NCBI GenBank assembly: GCA_043805415.1
Contig: JAZDHZ010000045.1
Span: 26,490-90,489, forward strand
Length of the DNA: 64,000 bases
Direction of reading: 5' to 3'
Source: Candidatus Omnitrophota bacterium
Lineage (GTDB): Bacteria; Omnitrophota; Gorgyraeia; B26-G9
Shown here: positions 30,653 through 40,359 of the stretch, piece after piece
Numbering within the stretch: the stretch's first letter is position 1
Layout of the letters: each line of letters opens with the position of its first letter
Made by a program: the position numbers and the translations under genes
The notes under the pieces: generated by a model
The model's database searches: none
The model's input: the letters and a program-made list of their open reading frames with translations, nothing else
Told to the model about the DNA's origin: nothing

Positions 30653-31200
30653 TGTTTCGATTAAGTATGTCCTTGTTTGCAGTTGCCTTAGTTTGCGCGT
30701 TAACTCTAGCGCTTATATATCAAAAGACAGCTCCGGTAATAGAGCGGCAAAAACAAATGCTTTTAGAAAGATCGCTGCAATCTGTATTGGCAGCAGAGAG
30801 CTATCAAAAACATGAAGGGGACATTTTGTATTATGAGGCAAAAAATGATAAAGATAAGCTAATTGGCTGGGCTTTGCCGCTTTCTGGAAAAGGGTATGGC
30901 GGAAATATTCAACTATTAGTCGGGGTTGATATTAAGGAAAATATTACTGGGATACGAGTTCTTGAACATAAGGAAACTCCGGGTTTAGGGTCCAAGATAA
31001 ATGAGATTGAGTACAAACAGACAGAACCAAAATTTTTAAAACAATTTCAAGCTAAGAATATACAAGACATAGTATTGGTAAAAGGAAAAACTGATAAAAA
31101 TATTCAGGCAATAACCGGAGCAACAATTTCATCAAAAGCTGTTGTTGAGGGAGTTAGGCTGGGCGTAGAGAAGTTTTTGAAAACCCGGCAAGTAAAATGA
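30652..31200 (+). CDS. RnfG-like FMN-binding membrane-anchored protein
   Basis: GYGG, H.ETPGLG and the flavinylation motif ITGATISS. Confidence 0.88.
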   Translation: MFRLSMSLFAVALVCALTLALIYQKTAPVIERQKQMLLERSLQSVLAAESYQKHEGDILYYEAKNDKDKLIGWALPLSGKGYGGNIQLLVGVDIKENITGIRVLEHKETPGLGSKINEIEYKQTEPKFLKQFQAKNIQDIVLVKGKTDKNIQAITGATISSKAVVEGVRLGVEKFLKTRQVK

Positions 31201-31823
31201 AACTATATCCAATATGCTTAAAATTAGATAATATTGCTTGTTGTGTTGTGGGAGGTGGAAGCATTGCTCTAAGAAAAGTTAGAACTTTGCTTAAAAGCTC
31301 GAACAATATAACGGTTGTTAGTCCTGATCTTTGCGATCAGCTGAGGCAGCTGCATAAAAAAAAGGCATTTTATTACCAAAAGTCTGAGTATAGAAAAATT
31401 TTTATTAAGAATGCCTTTTTAATAATTGCAGCGACAAATGATCAAAACGTTAACAAAAAAATTGTTGCGGATGCGAATAAAATGGGCAAACTGATTAATG
31501 TTGTGGATGTACCGCAGCAATGTAATTTTTATCTGCCGGCAGTTATTGATAAAAAGGGAATTTTATTATCAATATCAACTCAAGGCGCTTTTCCCGGGCT
31601 GGCAAAGAAAATACGCCAGACTATGGCAGGGATGATAAAAAAATACGCGGATAATATTAGCGTATTAGCTAAGCTGCGGGATGCTATTAAAAATAATTGC
31701 AAAGATGAAAAAATGAAAAAAATGCTGATAGGAAAATTACTTAATGATGTTGTTTTAGATTTAGTTGAAAAAAAGAAGATTCGCAATCTTGAGGATCTTA
31801 AGCTGTATTTGAACATTTTGTAA
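31197..31823 (+). CDS. Precorrin-2 dehydrogenase/ferrochelatase (SirC/Met8-like)
   Basis: YPI.L.L, VVGGG.IA.RK, NVVD.P..C.F..PA and IST.G..P. Confidence 0.88.
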   Translation: MKLYPICLKLDNIACCVVGGGSIALRKVRTLLKSSNNITVVSPDLCDQLRQLHKKKAFYYQKSEYRKIFIKNAFLIIAATNDQNVNKKIVADANKMGKLINVVDVPQQCNFYLPAVIDKKGILLSISTQGAFPGLAKKIRQTMAGMIKKYADNISVLAKLRDAIKNNCKDEKMKKMLIGKLLNDVVLDLVEKKKIRNLEDLKLYLNIL

Positions 31824-31846
31824 AATAGATTATTTCCGGAGGGGAT

Positions 31847-32662
31847 ATGTATACGATATTATTCATAGGGGTTTTAATTGCCTATTTAATTAGCGCGGTG
31901 AGTTTTGTAATCTTTGCGATGAATAAAAATGCTTTTTTGGCTAAAATCGCGATGTTTTTTGCTATTTTTGGTTTTGTTGACCATAGCATCACTCTGATAA
32001 TAAGATGGCTTATCTCAGGGTTTCCCCCCATGTCCAATCTCTATGAATCCATGTCATTATTTGCCTGGGCAATCATATTAATATTTCTTATTTTAGAGTT
32101 TAAATTTAAATTCCAGATAATCGGCACCTTTATTATGCCGTTTGCGTATTTAGTGATAGGTTACGCATCATTGCTGGATAGTTCGGTAAAGCCGCTTATG
32201 CCTGCCTTACAAAGCTACTGGCTGTTTATTCATGTGATTACTTGTTTTCTTAGTTATGCGTGTTTTGCCTGCGCTTTTTTTCTCGGGATAATGTATCTTA
32301 TGCAGGAAAGGCAAGTGAAGTCAAAACATATTGGAAAACTTTTTGAACGTTTGCCTGCCTTAGATGTTATGGATAAAATAAATTACAATATGGTGCTTTT
32401 TGGTTTTGTTTTACTGACTGCCGGCATTGCGACAGGTTCTATTTGGGCTCAGCAGGCATGGGGGAACTGGTGGAGTTGGGATCCAAAGGAAACATGGTCT
32501 TTTATCACCTGGTTGGTATATGCGGCTTATTTGCACGCGCGGTTTAATGCCGGTTGGCGGGGTAAAAGAGCAGCTCTGCTTTCAATAATCGGGTTTATTT
32601 CAGTTTTATTTACTTATCTGGGTGTAAGTTTTCTTTTGCCTGGATTACATTCTTATTTATAA
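31847..32662 (+). CDS. ccsA: Cytochrome c biogenesis heme-delivery protein (System II, CcsA/ResC)
   Basis: PALQSYWL.IHV, the WWD motif WGNWWSWDPKE, YLHAR and GLHSY. Confidence 0.93.
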   Translation: MYTILFIGVLIAYLISAVSFVIFAMNKNAFLAKIAMFFAIFGFVDHSITLIIRWLISGFPPMSNLYESMSLFAWAIILIFLILEFKFKFQIIGTFIMPFAYLVIGYASLLDSSVKPLMPALQSYWLFIHVITCFLSYACFACAFFLGIMYLMQERQVKSKHIGKLFERLPALDVMDKINYNMVLFGFVLLTAGIATGSIWAQQAWGNWWSWDPKETWSFITWLVYAAYLHARFNAGWRGKRAALLSIIGFISVLFTYLGVSFLLPGLHSYL

Positions 32663-32665
32663 TTT

Positions 32666-33715
32666 ATGAATATAAAAATTATTGGTTTTAATCATAAAAC
32701 AGCGCCTATTGGGATAAGAGAAAAGCTATCTTTTCCTAAGGCTGCTTTAGGAAATGCCCTAAGTACGCTTAAGCAGAACTCTGATATTCAGGAAGGTGTT
32801 ATTCTTTCTACCTGTAATCGTGTAGAGATTTATGCTTTAGCCAAAAATGATAAAAAAATAAATGGAGCTCTTTGCGGTTTTTTAGAAAAGTTTCATAATA
32901 TAGATATAAAAGATTTTAAAAATCACTTATATGAATTTGAAGATATTGAGGCAATAAGACATTTATTTAGAGTGAGCAGTTCTCTTGATTCTCAAATCCT
33001 TGGAGAAAACCAAATACTAGGCCAAGTTAAAGAAGCTTTTTTTAGCGCGCGTCAGATTGGCGCGGTTTCGCGGATATTTTCTTTTTTGTTTGAAGAAGCG
33101 ATCAAGGTTGGGAAACGCGCTAGAACCCAGACACAAATAGGCTATGGAGCGGTTTCAATCAGCACGGCAGCAGTAGAAATGGCACGTAAGATTTTCGAAG
33201 ATTTATCGAATAAAAAGATTCTAATAATTGGCGCGGGTAAAATTGGCGAGCTCTCAGCTAATCATTTACGCGGCAGGGGGGCAGAAATGGTCCTAGTTGC
33301 AAATAGAACATTTTCTAAAGCCCAAGAGCTAGCTAAGAAATTTGACGGACAAGCAGTAGAATTTGATAAATTTCCGCAAGCCTTAATCCAAGCAGACATT
33401 GTGATTAGTTCAGTCAGCGCTCCGCATGTTCTGGTTAAGAAAGAAATGATGAGCGAGATTATGATAAAGCGAAAAAACCGCCCAATATTTTTCATAGATC
33501 TTGGCTTGCCCAGAAATATTGATCCAGCAGTAAACACAATATACAATGCATATGTGTATAATTTAGATGATCTGGAAAAGGTAAAAGACGCAAACTTAAA
33601 AGAAAGACTTAAAGAAGCTGATAAGATTGAAGATTTAATCGAGGCGCATTTAATAAAAGTACAAGCCAAATTAAGCCATTTATTAGAAAAAGATGATTCT
33701 AAAAAGTTTAAGTAG
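32666..33715 (+). CDS. hemA: Glutamyl-tRNA reductase
   Basis: STCNRVE, LDSQILGENQILGQVK, GAG.IG and DLGLPRNI; short C-terminus. Confidence 0.95.
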   Translation: MNIKIIGFNHKTAPIGIREKLSFPKAALGNALSTLKQNSDIQEGVILSTCNRVEIYALAKNDKKINGALCGFLEKFHNIDIKDFKNHLYEFEDIEAIRHLFRVSSSLDSQILGENQILGQVKEAFFSARQIGAVSRIFSFLFEEAIKVGKRARTQTQIGYGAVSISTAAVEMARKIFEDLSNKKILIIGAGKIGELSANHLRGRGAEMVLVANRTFSKAQELAKKFDGQAVEFDKFPQALIQADIVISSVSAPHVLVKKEMMSEIMIKRKNRPIFFIDLGLPRNIDPAVNTIYNAYVYNLDDLEKVKDANLKERLKEADKIEDLIEAHLIKVQAKLSHLLEKDDSKKFK

Positions 33716-33744
33716 AGGTTATTTTTAGGAGTAATATTAAAGCA

Positions 33745-34671
33745 ATGGGTAAAACAGATATAATTACAATCGGAAGCCGGAAAAGTCTTTTGGCTATGAC
33801 TCAGGCATATTTGGTAGCTAATAGTTTAAAAAAAACATTTCCCAATAATACATTCGTTATAAAAAAAATTATTACCAGCGGTGATCGATTAAAGAAATGG
33901 CCAAAAGAACAGATAAAAGGATTGTTTGTCAAAGAAATAGAGCAGGCTTTGATCAAGGAAACAATTGATATCGCTGTTCATAGCATGAAAGATTTACCTG
34001 TTGATATGCCCGAGGGTTTGGAAATTGCCGCAGTAACCAAAAGAGCTGACGCGAGAGATGTTTTAATTTCCAATTCCGGTAAAGGTTTAGATGCTTTAGC
34101 TAAGCAAAGCTGTATTGGGACTTCAAGCCCCAGGCGCAGGGCACAAATCCTTTTACATCGGCCGGATCTTAAAGTAATAGATATTCGGGGCAATTTAGAT
34201 ACAAGGTTAAAAAAGCTAAAAGATAAGCAATGCGACGCGATTATTGTCGCGGCCGCGGGGATTATTCGTCTTGGCTGGCAGAAGCTAATTACAGAATATA
34301 TTTCTGATGCTGTTATTTTGCCTGCTCCAGGCCAAGGAGTCTTAGGTGTTCAAGTAAGAAAGCAGGATAAAAAGATTAAGGCCATTGTAAACAGTCTTAA
34401 TCATGTGCCATCAAGAATAGCTGTAACAGCGGAGAGAGAATTTCTCAGGAGCATGGGCGGTGGATGTCGTGTACCCATAGGAGCTGTTGCTAAGATAAGA
34501 GCGGGTATTTTAAAATTGGAAGGAATTGTTGCCTCTGATCAAACAAAAGCAGCAAGGGCATTTGTTAAAACAGATAAAAAATACCCTTTGCTCGCGGGAA
34601 GAAAACTGGCTCGAAAAATCAAGAAGCTTTTAAAAACTAAAACAGGCACAAAGGAAAGTATGACCCTATGA
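33745..34671 (+). CDS. hemC: Hydroxymethylbilane synthase
   Basis: GSR.S.LA, AVHSMKDLP, RGNLDTRL and GGGCRVPI. Confidence 0.96.
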   Translation: MGKTDIITIGSRKSLLAMTQAYLVANSLKKTFPNNTFVIKKIITSGDRLKKWPKEQIKGLFVKEIEQALIKETIDIAVHSMKDLPVDMPEGLEIAAVTKRADARDVLISNSGKGLDALAKQSCIGTSSPRRRAQILLHRPDLKVIDIRGNLDTRLKKLKDKQCDAIIVAAAGIIRLGWQKLITEYISDAVILPAPGQGVLGVQVRKQDKKIKAIVNSLNHVPSRIAVTAEREFLRSMGGGCRVPIGAVAKIRAGILKLEGIVASDQTKAARAFVKTDKKYPLLAGRKLARKIKKLLKTKTGTKESMTL

Positions 34672-36131
34672 TAAAAAAGTCTAATCCTTCAGTATTGATT
34701 ATCGATGATGAGGTTATTGTAGCCAAGACCTTAACCGCAGTTCTTCAGGAGAAAGGGTTTGATGTCCGAAGCACTTCATTTGGCAATCAAGGGCTTGAAT
34801 GGCTGGATGAAGGGTTTGATCTGGTGCTTTTAGATTTAAAACTGCCGGATATCGATGGTCTGGATGTGCTGAAAGCCATAAAACGCAGACATCCTTTTGT
34901 CGCGGTTATTGTGATGACTGGATTTGCCAGCGTAGAAACAGCAGTTGCGATCATGAAAGAGGGCGCATATTCATACATAATGAAACCGTTCGAGGTTGAT
35001 CAATTATTAGATTCAATCGCAAAAGCAACAGAAATAAAGCGCAAAGAAAGTGACAAAGATAAGCTTTTAACTAATCTGTCTTTACTTTATCAGGTTAGCA
35101 AAGAAATGGAAGGAGTTCTCGAACTTCAAGGGATTTCTTTAATGGCGGCGCGTTATCTTAGAGAAATATCAAAACTCAATGTTTGCGCGATATTAATCAG
35201 AGTAAAAAATAAAAGCGAATTCTGGTTCGGAGCTTTAGATGGTGTTGACCCGAGAATAACAGATCTTGCGTGCAAGAGTTTTAAACTCGACAAAAATATG
35301 TACGAGCGATTAATAAAAGAAAAAAATGCGGTTTTTTTTCCAGAATTAAAAACAAAATTAGAGATTCTGTCATATATTCCATTGAAAGATCCAAAATCCC
35401 TGTTTATTTTTCCGCTCAATACAGAGAGCAAAGTTGTGGGACTGGCAATGTTTGTCGGAGCGCAAAAGTTTACATTAAACGAAGATACTTTAGAAACAAT
35501 TACCACTATTGGCGGTGAAGTAGCATTATGTATAGAAAATGCGAATCGTTATTTAAAACTAAAAGACAACTATCTGGAAACAGTGAAGGCGCTTGTAAAA
35601 ACAATAGAAGATAAGGATGAATTTAATAAAGGCTATTCAGACGCGGTTGCGGGACTCGCGGTAATTGTTGCTCAAAATATGAAATTGCCGGCTGAAGAAG
35701 TGGAGTGTATTCGGCTTGCTGGATTTTTGCATGATATTGGCCAAATCGCGATTAGCGATAAAATTCTTTTTAAAAAAGATAAATTATCCCCGGAAGAATA
35801 TTTAAAAGTAAAGATGCATAGTCTTGCCTCAACAAATATTATTCGCAATCTTGATGAAGAAAAAAAACTGGTTCCGATTATTTTATATCATCATGAGCGT
35901 TATGATGGCAGTGGATATCCTGAAGGGCTAAGAGGTGAAAGAATACCCATCGGGGCTAGGATACTGGCAGTTTGTGATGCGTATAAAGCGATTATATCAC
36001 ATCGCCCCTATCGCAGAGGATTTACTTCGTATGAAGCTGTTAAAGAACTTGAACGTTGCTCGGGGCAGCAATTTGATCCGTATGTTGTAAAAGTGTTTTT
36101 AGATGCTTTTTATAAAGGGCAGTTAGCATAA
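34668..36131 (+). CDS. Response regulator REC-GAF-HD-GYP (c-di-GMP phosphodiesterase-like)
   Basis: IIDDE, LLDLKLPD and KP in REC; central GAF; HDIG and HHERYDGSGYP. Confidence 0.9.
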   Translation: MIKKSNPSVLIIDDEVIVAKTLTAVLQEKGFDVRSTSFGNQGLEWLDEGFDLVLLDLKLPDIDGLDVLKAIKRRHPFVAVIVMTGFASVETAVAIMKEGAYSYIMKPFEVDQLLDSIAKATEIKRKESDKDKLLTNLSLLYQVSKEMEGVLELQGISLMAARYLREISKLNVCAILIRVKNKSEFWFGALDGVDPRITDLACKSFKLDKNMYERLIKEKNAVFFPELKTKLEILSYIPLKDPKSLFIFPLNTESKVVGLAMFVGAQKFTLNEDTLETITTIGGEVALCIENANRYLKLKDNYLETVKALVKTIEDKDEFNKGYSDAVAGLAVIVAQNMKLPAEEVECIRLAGFLHDIGQIAISDKILFKKDKLSPEEYLKVKMHSLASTNIIRNLDEEKKLVPIILYHHERYDGSGYPEGLRGERIPIGARILAVCDAYKAIISHRPYRRGFTSYEAVKELERCSGQQFDPYVVKVFLDAFYKGQLA

Positions 36132-36143
36132 GGCAGGGAATTA

Positions 36144-37673
36144 ATGTTAAAGAGAAAAAACCCAAAAGTGTTTCTTGTGGGAGTTGGTCCGGGCAATGAG
36201 CAATTGATCACCCAGGCAGCTTTAGAGTGTATAAAAAATGCTGATGTTATTATTTATGATCATTTAATGTCCGAAGCGCTTCTGGATAATAGAAAGCCTC
36301 AGGCAAAAGTCATTTATGCTGGCAAATTTCCGGGCTCACACACCCTTCCCCAAAAGAGCATAAATGCTTTATTGCTTAAGCACGCAAAAGAGAGCAATAT
36401 TGTTGTACGCTTAAAAGGCGGAGATCCTTTTCTTTTTGGCCGGGGTTCAGAGGAAGCCTTGGTTTTAAAAAAAGCTAGAATTCCTTTTGAAATTGTCCCA
36501 GGAGTAAGTTCAGGCTTTGCGGTTGCTGCTTACAGCGGAATACCGCTGACGCATAGAGGGATATCTTCATATGTTACTTTTGTTACTGGGCATGAAGATC
36601 CAACCAAGCTAGAATCAAGCGTTGATTGGAAAAAATTAGCAGCGCTTGATGGAACTCTGGTTATTTTTATGGGCATGGCAAATTTAAAGCTTATAACCAG
36701 CTTATTGATCAAATATGCTAAACAAAAAAATACGCCGGTATGTATTACTCAATGGGGGACATTGCCTATCCAGCGGTCAGTAATTGGAACGCTTGAAAAT
36801 ATATCAAGCAAGGCAAAAACTGCGGGGATTGATCACCCGGCAATCATTATTATCGGCAATGTAGTTAAATTGCGTAAAGATCTTAACTGGTTTGAGAAAA
36901 AGCCTTTGTTCGGCAAAAAAATATTAATTACCCGGCCTTTATCTTTAGCAAAAGAATTAAGCCAAGAATTGGAAAGGAATGGAGCGCAAACTATTAGTTA
37001 TCCTTTGATTGAAGTAGTTAAGGAAAAAGGCTTACAAGATTATCAGGTGATTGATAAGTTTAAACAAGCTGACTGGGTTTTATTTACCAGCAGAAACGCG
37101 GTTCAAATATGTTTTGATATTCTAGATAAGCAGAATAAAGATGTTCGGTTTTTAAAAGATGTAAAATTTGCTGTGCTGGGATCGCAAACTCAGAATATGC
37201 TTAGAGCCCGGGGAATTATTGCGGATATTGTTCCGAAGAAGTTTTATATGGAAAGCCTGATCAGCGAATTTAAGAACATTGATATAAAAAAGAAAAGAAT
37301 TTTTATCCCGCATTCAAAGCAAGGCAGGCCGATATTAGTTGAAGAGCTGTCCAAACAAGGAGCGATTATTGATGAGCTTTTTGTTTATCATGTTGCTCCG
37401 CCTAAAAGTGCATCAAAACAGCAATTAATGAAATTATTAAAACAGGAGAATTTTGATATTATTACATTTACCAGTTCAAGCTGTGTCCATCAGTTTATGC
37501 GCTTTGCTGATCAGGATAAACAATTACTAGAAAAACAGGTATTTGCCGTTATTGGTCCGATTACAAAAAAAACACTCGAAGGATACGGGTTTCAGGCAGC
37601 AATTGACGCAAAAGTATATACTGCTTCTGGCTTAGTCCGGTCAATACAACAATATAAAGGTGGAAATAAATGA
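36144..37673 (+). CDS. cobA: Uroporphyrinogen-III C-methyltransferase/synthase fusion (CobA-HemD)
   Basis: LVGVGPG, RLKGGDPFLFGRG, then WFEKKPLFG..ILITR, FTS and IGP.T. Confidence 0.93.
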   Translation: MLKRKNPKVFLVGVGPGNEQLITQAALECIKNADVIIYDHLMSEALLDNRKPQAKVIYAGKFPGSHTLPQKSINALLLKHAKESNIVVRLKGGDPFLFGRGSEEALVLKKARIPFEIVPGVSSGFAVAAYSGIPLTHRGISSYVTFVTGHEDPTKLESSVDWKKLAALDGTLVIFMGMANLKLITSLLIKYAKQKNTPVCITQWGTLPIQRSVIGTLENISSKAKTAGIDHPAIIIIGNVVKLRKDLNWFEKKPLFGKKILITRPLSLAKELSQELERNGAQTISYPLIEVVKEKGLQDYQVIDKFKQADWVLFTSRNAVQICFDILDKQNKDVRFLKDVKFAVLGSQTQNMLRARGIIADIVPKKFYMESLISEFKNIDIKKKRIFIPHSKQGRPILVEELSKQGAIIDELFVYHVAPPKSASKQQLMKLLKQENFDIITFTSSSCVHQFMRFADQDKQLLEKQVFAVIGPITKKTLEGYGFQAAIDAKVYTASGLVRSIQQYKGGNK

Positions 37674-38863
37674 TTAATTTTACTAAGCTTCTAGGCGGAA
37701 CACCAAGTATTTCTCAGGCATTAAAAGATGTGAGCAAAAAAGGTAAATCGCCTTTATTTAAGGCATGTAATGCTTCCAGTCCGCTTGTTGTGTTTAACAT
37801 AACAAGAAGATGCAATCTTGATTGTTTGCATTGTTATTTAGAATCAAAAAACAAAAAATACGCGGGTGAATTAACTCTGGAGCAGATCAAAAACACAATA
37901 AATTCGTTGGCGAAAATTAATATTCCGATATTGCTCTTGTCCGGCGGCGAGCCTTTGGCGCATAAAGATATTTTTGAAATAATCAATTACGCCAAAAATA
38001 AAGGGATCCGGGTCGGACTTTCTACAAACGGTACGCTGATTACAAAAACCATTGCTAAAAAACTTAAACAAACAAACATAGATTATGTCGGCGTGAGCAT
38101 CGATGGCGCTAAAAAACTGCACGACAAATTCCGCAATTTAAGCGGTGCTTATAGTATGGCGATTAGAGGTATTCGTAATGCCCAGCAAGCTGGGCTTAAA
38201 ACAGGGGTTAGGTTTACAATAAGTAAAGTCAATGCCCCGGATTTGCCGGCAGTTTTAGATATGTGCGTAAAAGAGAAAATCAGGCGTTTTTGTATGTATC
38301 ATTTGGTGTATTCCGGCAGAGGTCAAGAGCTGGTTAAGCAGGATATTGATAATACCCAAAGAAGGGAAGTAATTGATTTTCTAATTCAAAGCACATTAGA
38401 ATATAAGCGAAAGAAAGTTGATCTTGAAATTTTAACTGTGGATAATCATGCGGATGGGATACATATATATAATTATCTAAAAAAAGACAATCCAAACGCG
38501 GCTAAAGAAGTATTAAAACTGCTTAAATTTCATGGAGGCTGTTCAGCGGGCAGTAAGATTGTTGATATTTCTCCAACCGGAGATGTGTTTGCTTGCCAGT
38601 TCTGGCAGCACGAGACGCTGGGTAATGTTAAGCTAACCGAGTTTAACCAAATATGGCTCAATAAAAAAGACAAACAGTTGTGCAGGCTGCGCTGCAAAGC
38701 TGAGCATTTAAAAGGCAAGTGCGGCCTTTGTCAGTATAAATCGTATTGCGGCGGATGTCGAATCAGGGCTGAGGTTGTGTATAATGATCCTTGGCAGGAA
38801 GATCCGTGCTGTTATTTAACGGAAGAAGAGATTAAAAACAAAAAACTTAAAAAAGCTAAATAA
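37670..38863 (+). CDS. ahbC: Radical SAM/SPASM protein, AhbC-like (alternative heme pathway)
   Basis: NITRRCNLDCLHCY, YHLVYSGRG, ILTVDNHADG and SPASM C..C.....CGGCR; sits in the heme operon. Confidence 0.75.
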   Translation: MINFTKLLGGTPSISQALKDVSKKGKSPLFKACNASSPLVVFNITRRCNLDCLHCYLESKNKKYAGELTLEQIKNTINSLAKINIPILLLSGGEPLAHKDIFEIINYAKNKGIRVGLSTNGTLITKTIAKKLKQTNIDYVGVSIDGAKKLHDKFRNLSGAYSMAIRGIRNAQQAGLKTGVRFTISKVNAPDLPAVLDMCVKEKIRRFCMYHLVYSGRGQELVKQDIDNTQRREVIDFLIQSTLEYKRKKVDLEILTVDNHADGIHIYNYLKKDNPNAAKEVLKLLKFHGGCSAGSKIVDISPTGDVFACQFWQHETLGNVKLTEFNQIWLNKKDKQLCRLRCKAEHLKGKCGLCQYKSYCGGCRIRAEVVYNDPWQEDPCCYLTEEEIKNKKLKKAK

Positions 38864-38922
38864 ACTGATACAATAAAGGCTGGGGTCTGAAAAGCGAATA
38901 GTTTATAAATGGAGGGATTAAT

Positions 38923-39609
38923 ATGCGTCAAGTTGCTGTATTTGGATTGGGCAGCTTTGGATCAACTGTTGCCAAAACTCTGACTGAACAGGGAGTGGAA
39001 GTGATAGCGGTTGATTCTGATAAAGAAAAAGTAGAAAATATTAAAGATTATGTTGCCATAGCTGTGGCTTTGAATTCAACGGATGAAAAAGCCCTGCGTT
39101 CTATAGGCATAGAGCAAGTCGACGCTGCGATTGTTTGTATTGGTGAAAATGTGGAAGCAAATCTTTTGACCACAACATTGCTTAAGAAGATGGGGATAAA
39201 AAATATTTACGGCAGATCGGTAAACCCTTTACAGGAAGAAATTCTCAAATCACTAGATATTACTAAAATTCTTAATTTGGAAAAAGAAATGGGCGAATCT
39301 GTGGGTAAAAGTTTAACCAGTCCGAATATTCAGGTATGCATGAAACTTTCCAGCGGGCATACGATGGCAGAAATAAAAATACCGAAAGATTTTTGCGGAC
39401 GCTCACTCAAAGAGCTTAATCTTAGAAAACGCTATGATGTGAACGTTGTCGCGATTAAAAAACAAATCGCCGCGATTGATGAACGCGGGCAAAGAATTTT
39501 AAACGATGAAATGAATGATTTACCTCAGGCTGAAGATATTCTTGAAGAAGGAGATTGCTTGATTGTTGTCGGCAAACAAGAGAGTATTAATCTTCTTTCT
39601 AAACACTAA
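38923..39609 (+). CDS. TrkA/KtrA potassium uptake regulatory subunit
   Basis: GLGSFG Rossmann RCK-N domain and RCK-C domain (G.SL.ELNLR..Y.VNV). Confidence 0.9.
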   Translation: MRQVAVFGLGSFGSTVAKTLTEQGVEVIAVDSDKEKVENIKDYVAIAVALNSTDEKALRSIGIEQVDAAIVCIGENVEANLLTTTLLKKMGIKNIYGRSVNPLQEEILKSLDITKILNLEKEMGESVGKSLTSPNIQVCMKLSSGHTMAEIKIPKDFCGRSLKELNLRKRYDVNVVAIKKQIAAIDERGQRILNDEMNDLPQAEDILEEGDCLIVVGKQESINLLSKH

Positions 39610-39621
39610 AAGGGATTTGTC

Positions 39622-40296
39622 ATGAAAAGGAAACTTAATATTATATTCGGGATTATTATTGCTGTTTTTGCGGAGATTTGGTATTTGGGCACTAACAATA
39701 TGCCTCCTTTTTACAGCGATAGCATTGTGATTCTCTGTGGCATGGGAATTGTTGGCGCGTTGTTTGTTCTGAATCGGTTTATTATTTTTCGTAAAAAAAT
39801 GGATTTAGCGATAGCTCATATTTTAGAAAATAACTTTCGTACTGGTATCTCTATGGATGGAGACGATGAAATATCATTTTTAGCTAAAAGGTTCAATGCT
39901 GCTTTAGACAGAATAAATGAGTATGATCGATTAAGAGAGCAAAGAATTGATTATTTAAACAGGATGATTACGATTTTGAACCGCAATATTCAAAACGGGG
40001 TTATGATTCTGGACATGGTATCTTCAAAAATAAAAATTAATAAAGCGGCGCAGGATATATTTGGCGTCAACCAGGATGAATTGAGCATTGATTCCGTAGT
40101 TAAACTTGAGGCAAATGATCAGTTTAATAAAATGTATCAGGAAATTATTGGACGCAGAGCAAATACTATTGCCGCTGATTTAGAACTATTTCTACCAATT
40201 TTAAAGGCAAAAGCAGCAGTTAGCCTAAAAATGTTTGCAATCAAAGATAAAGAAGAAAAACTAAACTCTATTCTCTGTATTTTTCGGGTAGTATAA
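39622..40296 (+). CDS. Membrane protein with HAMP and PAS-like domains, no output domain
   Basis: Two TM segments; DEISFLAKRFN (HAMP); GVMILD...INKAA.DIFG (PAS). Confidence 0.65.
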   Translation: MKRKLNIIFGIIIAVFAEIWYLGTNNMPPFYSDSIVILCGMGIVGALFVLNRFIIFRKKMDLAIAHILENNFRTGISMDGDDEISFLAKRFNAALDRINEYDRLREQRIDYLNRMITILNRNIQNGVMILDMVSSKIKINKAAQDIFGVNQDELSIDSVVKLEANDQFNKMYQEIIGRRANTIAADLELFLPILKAKAAVSLKMFAIKDKEEKLNSILCIFRVV

Positions 40297-40359
40297 ATAT
40301 GTGTTTTAAAATACATATTTCCGAAACATAGTCTTTAAGGCGAAAGATCTTTCAATAAT

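Noticed and set aside
40295-40320. AT-rich palindrome AAATATGTGTTTTAAAATACATATTT
   Set aside because: Weak all-AT stem with no recognisable operator or terminator features; may be chance.
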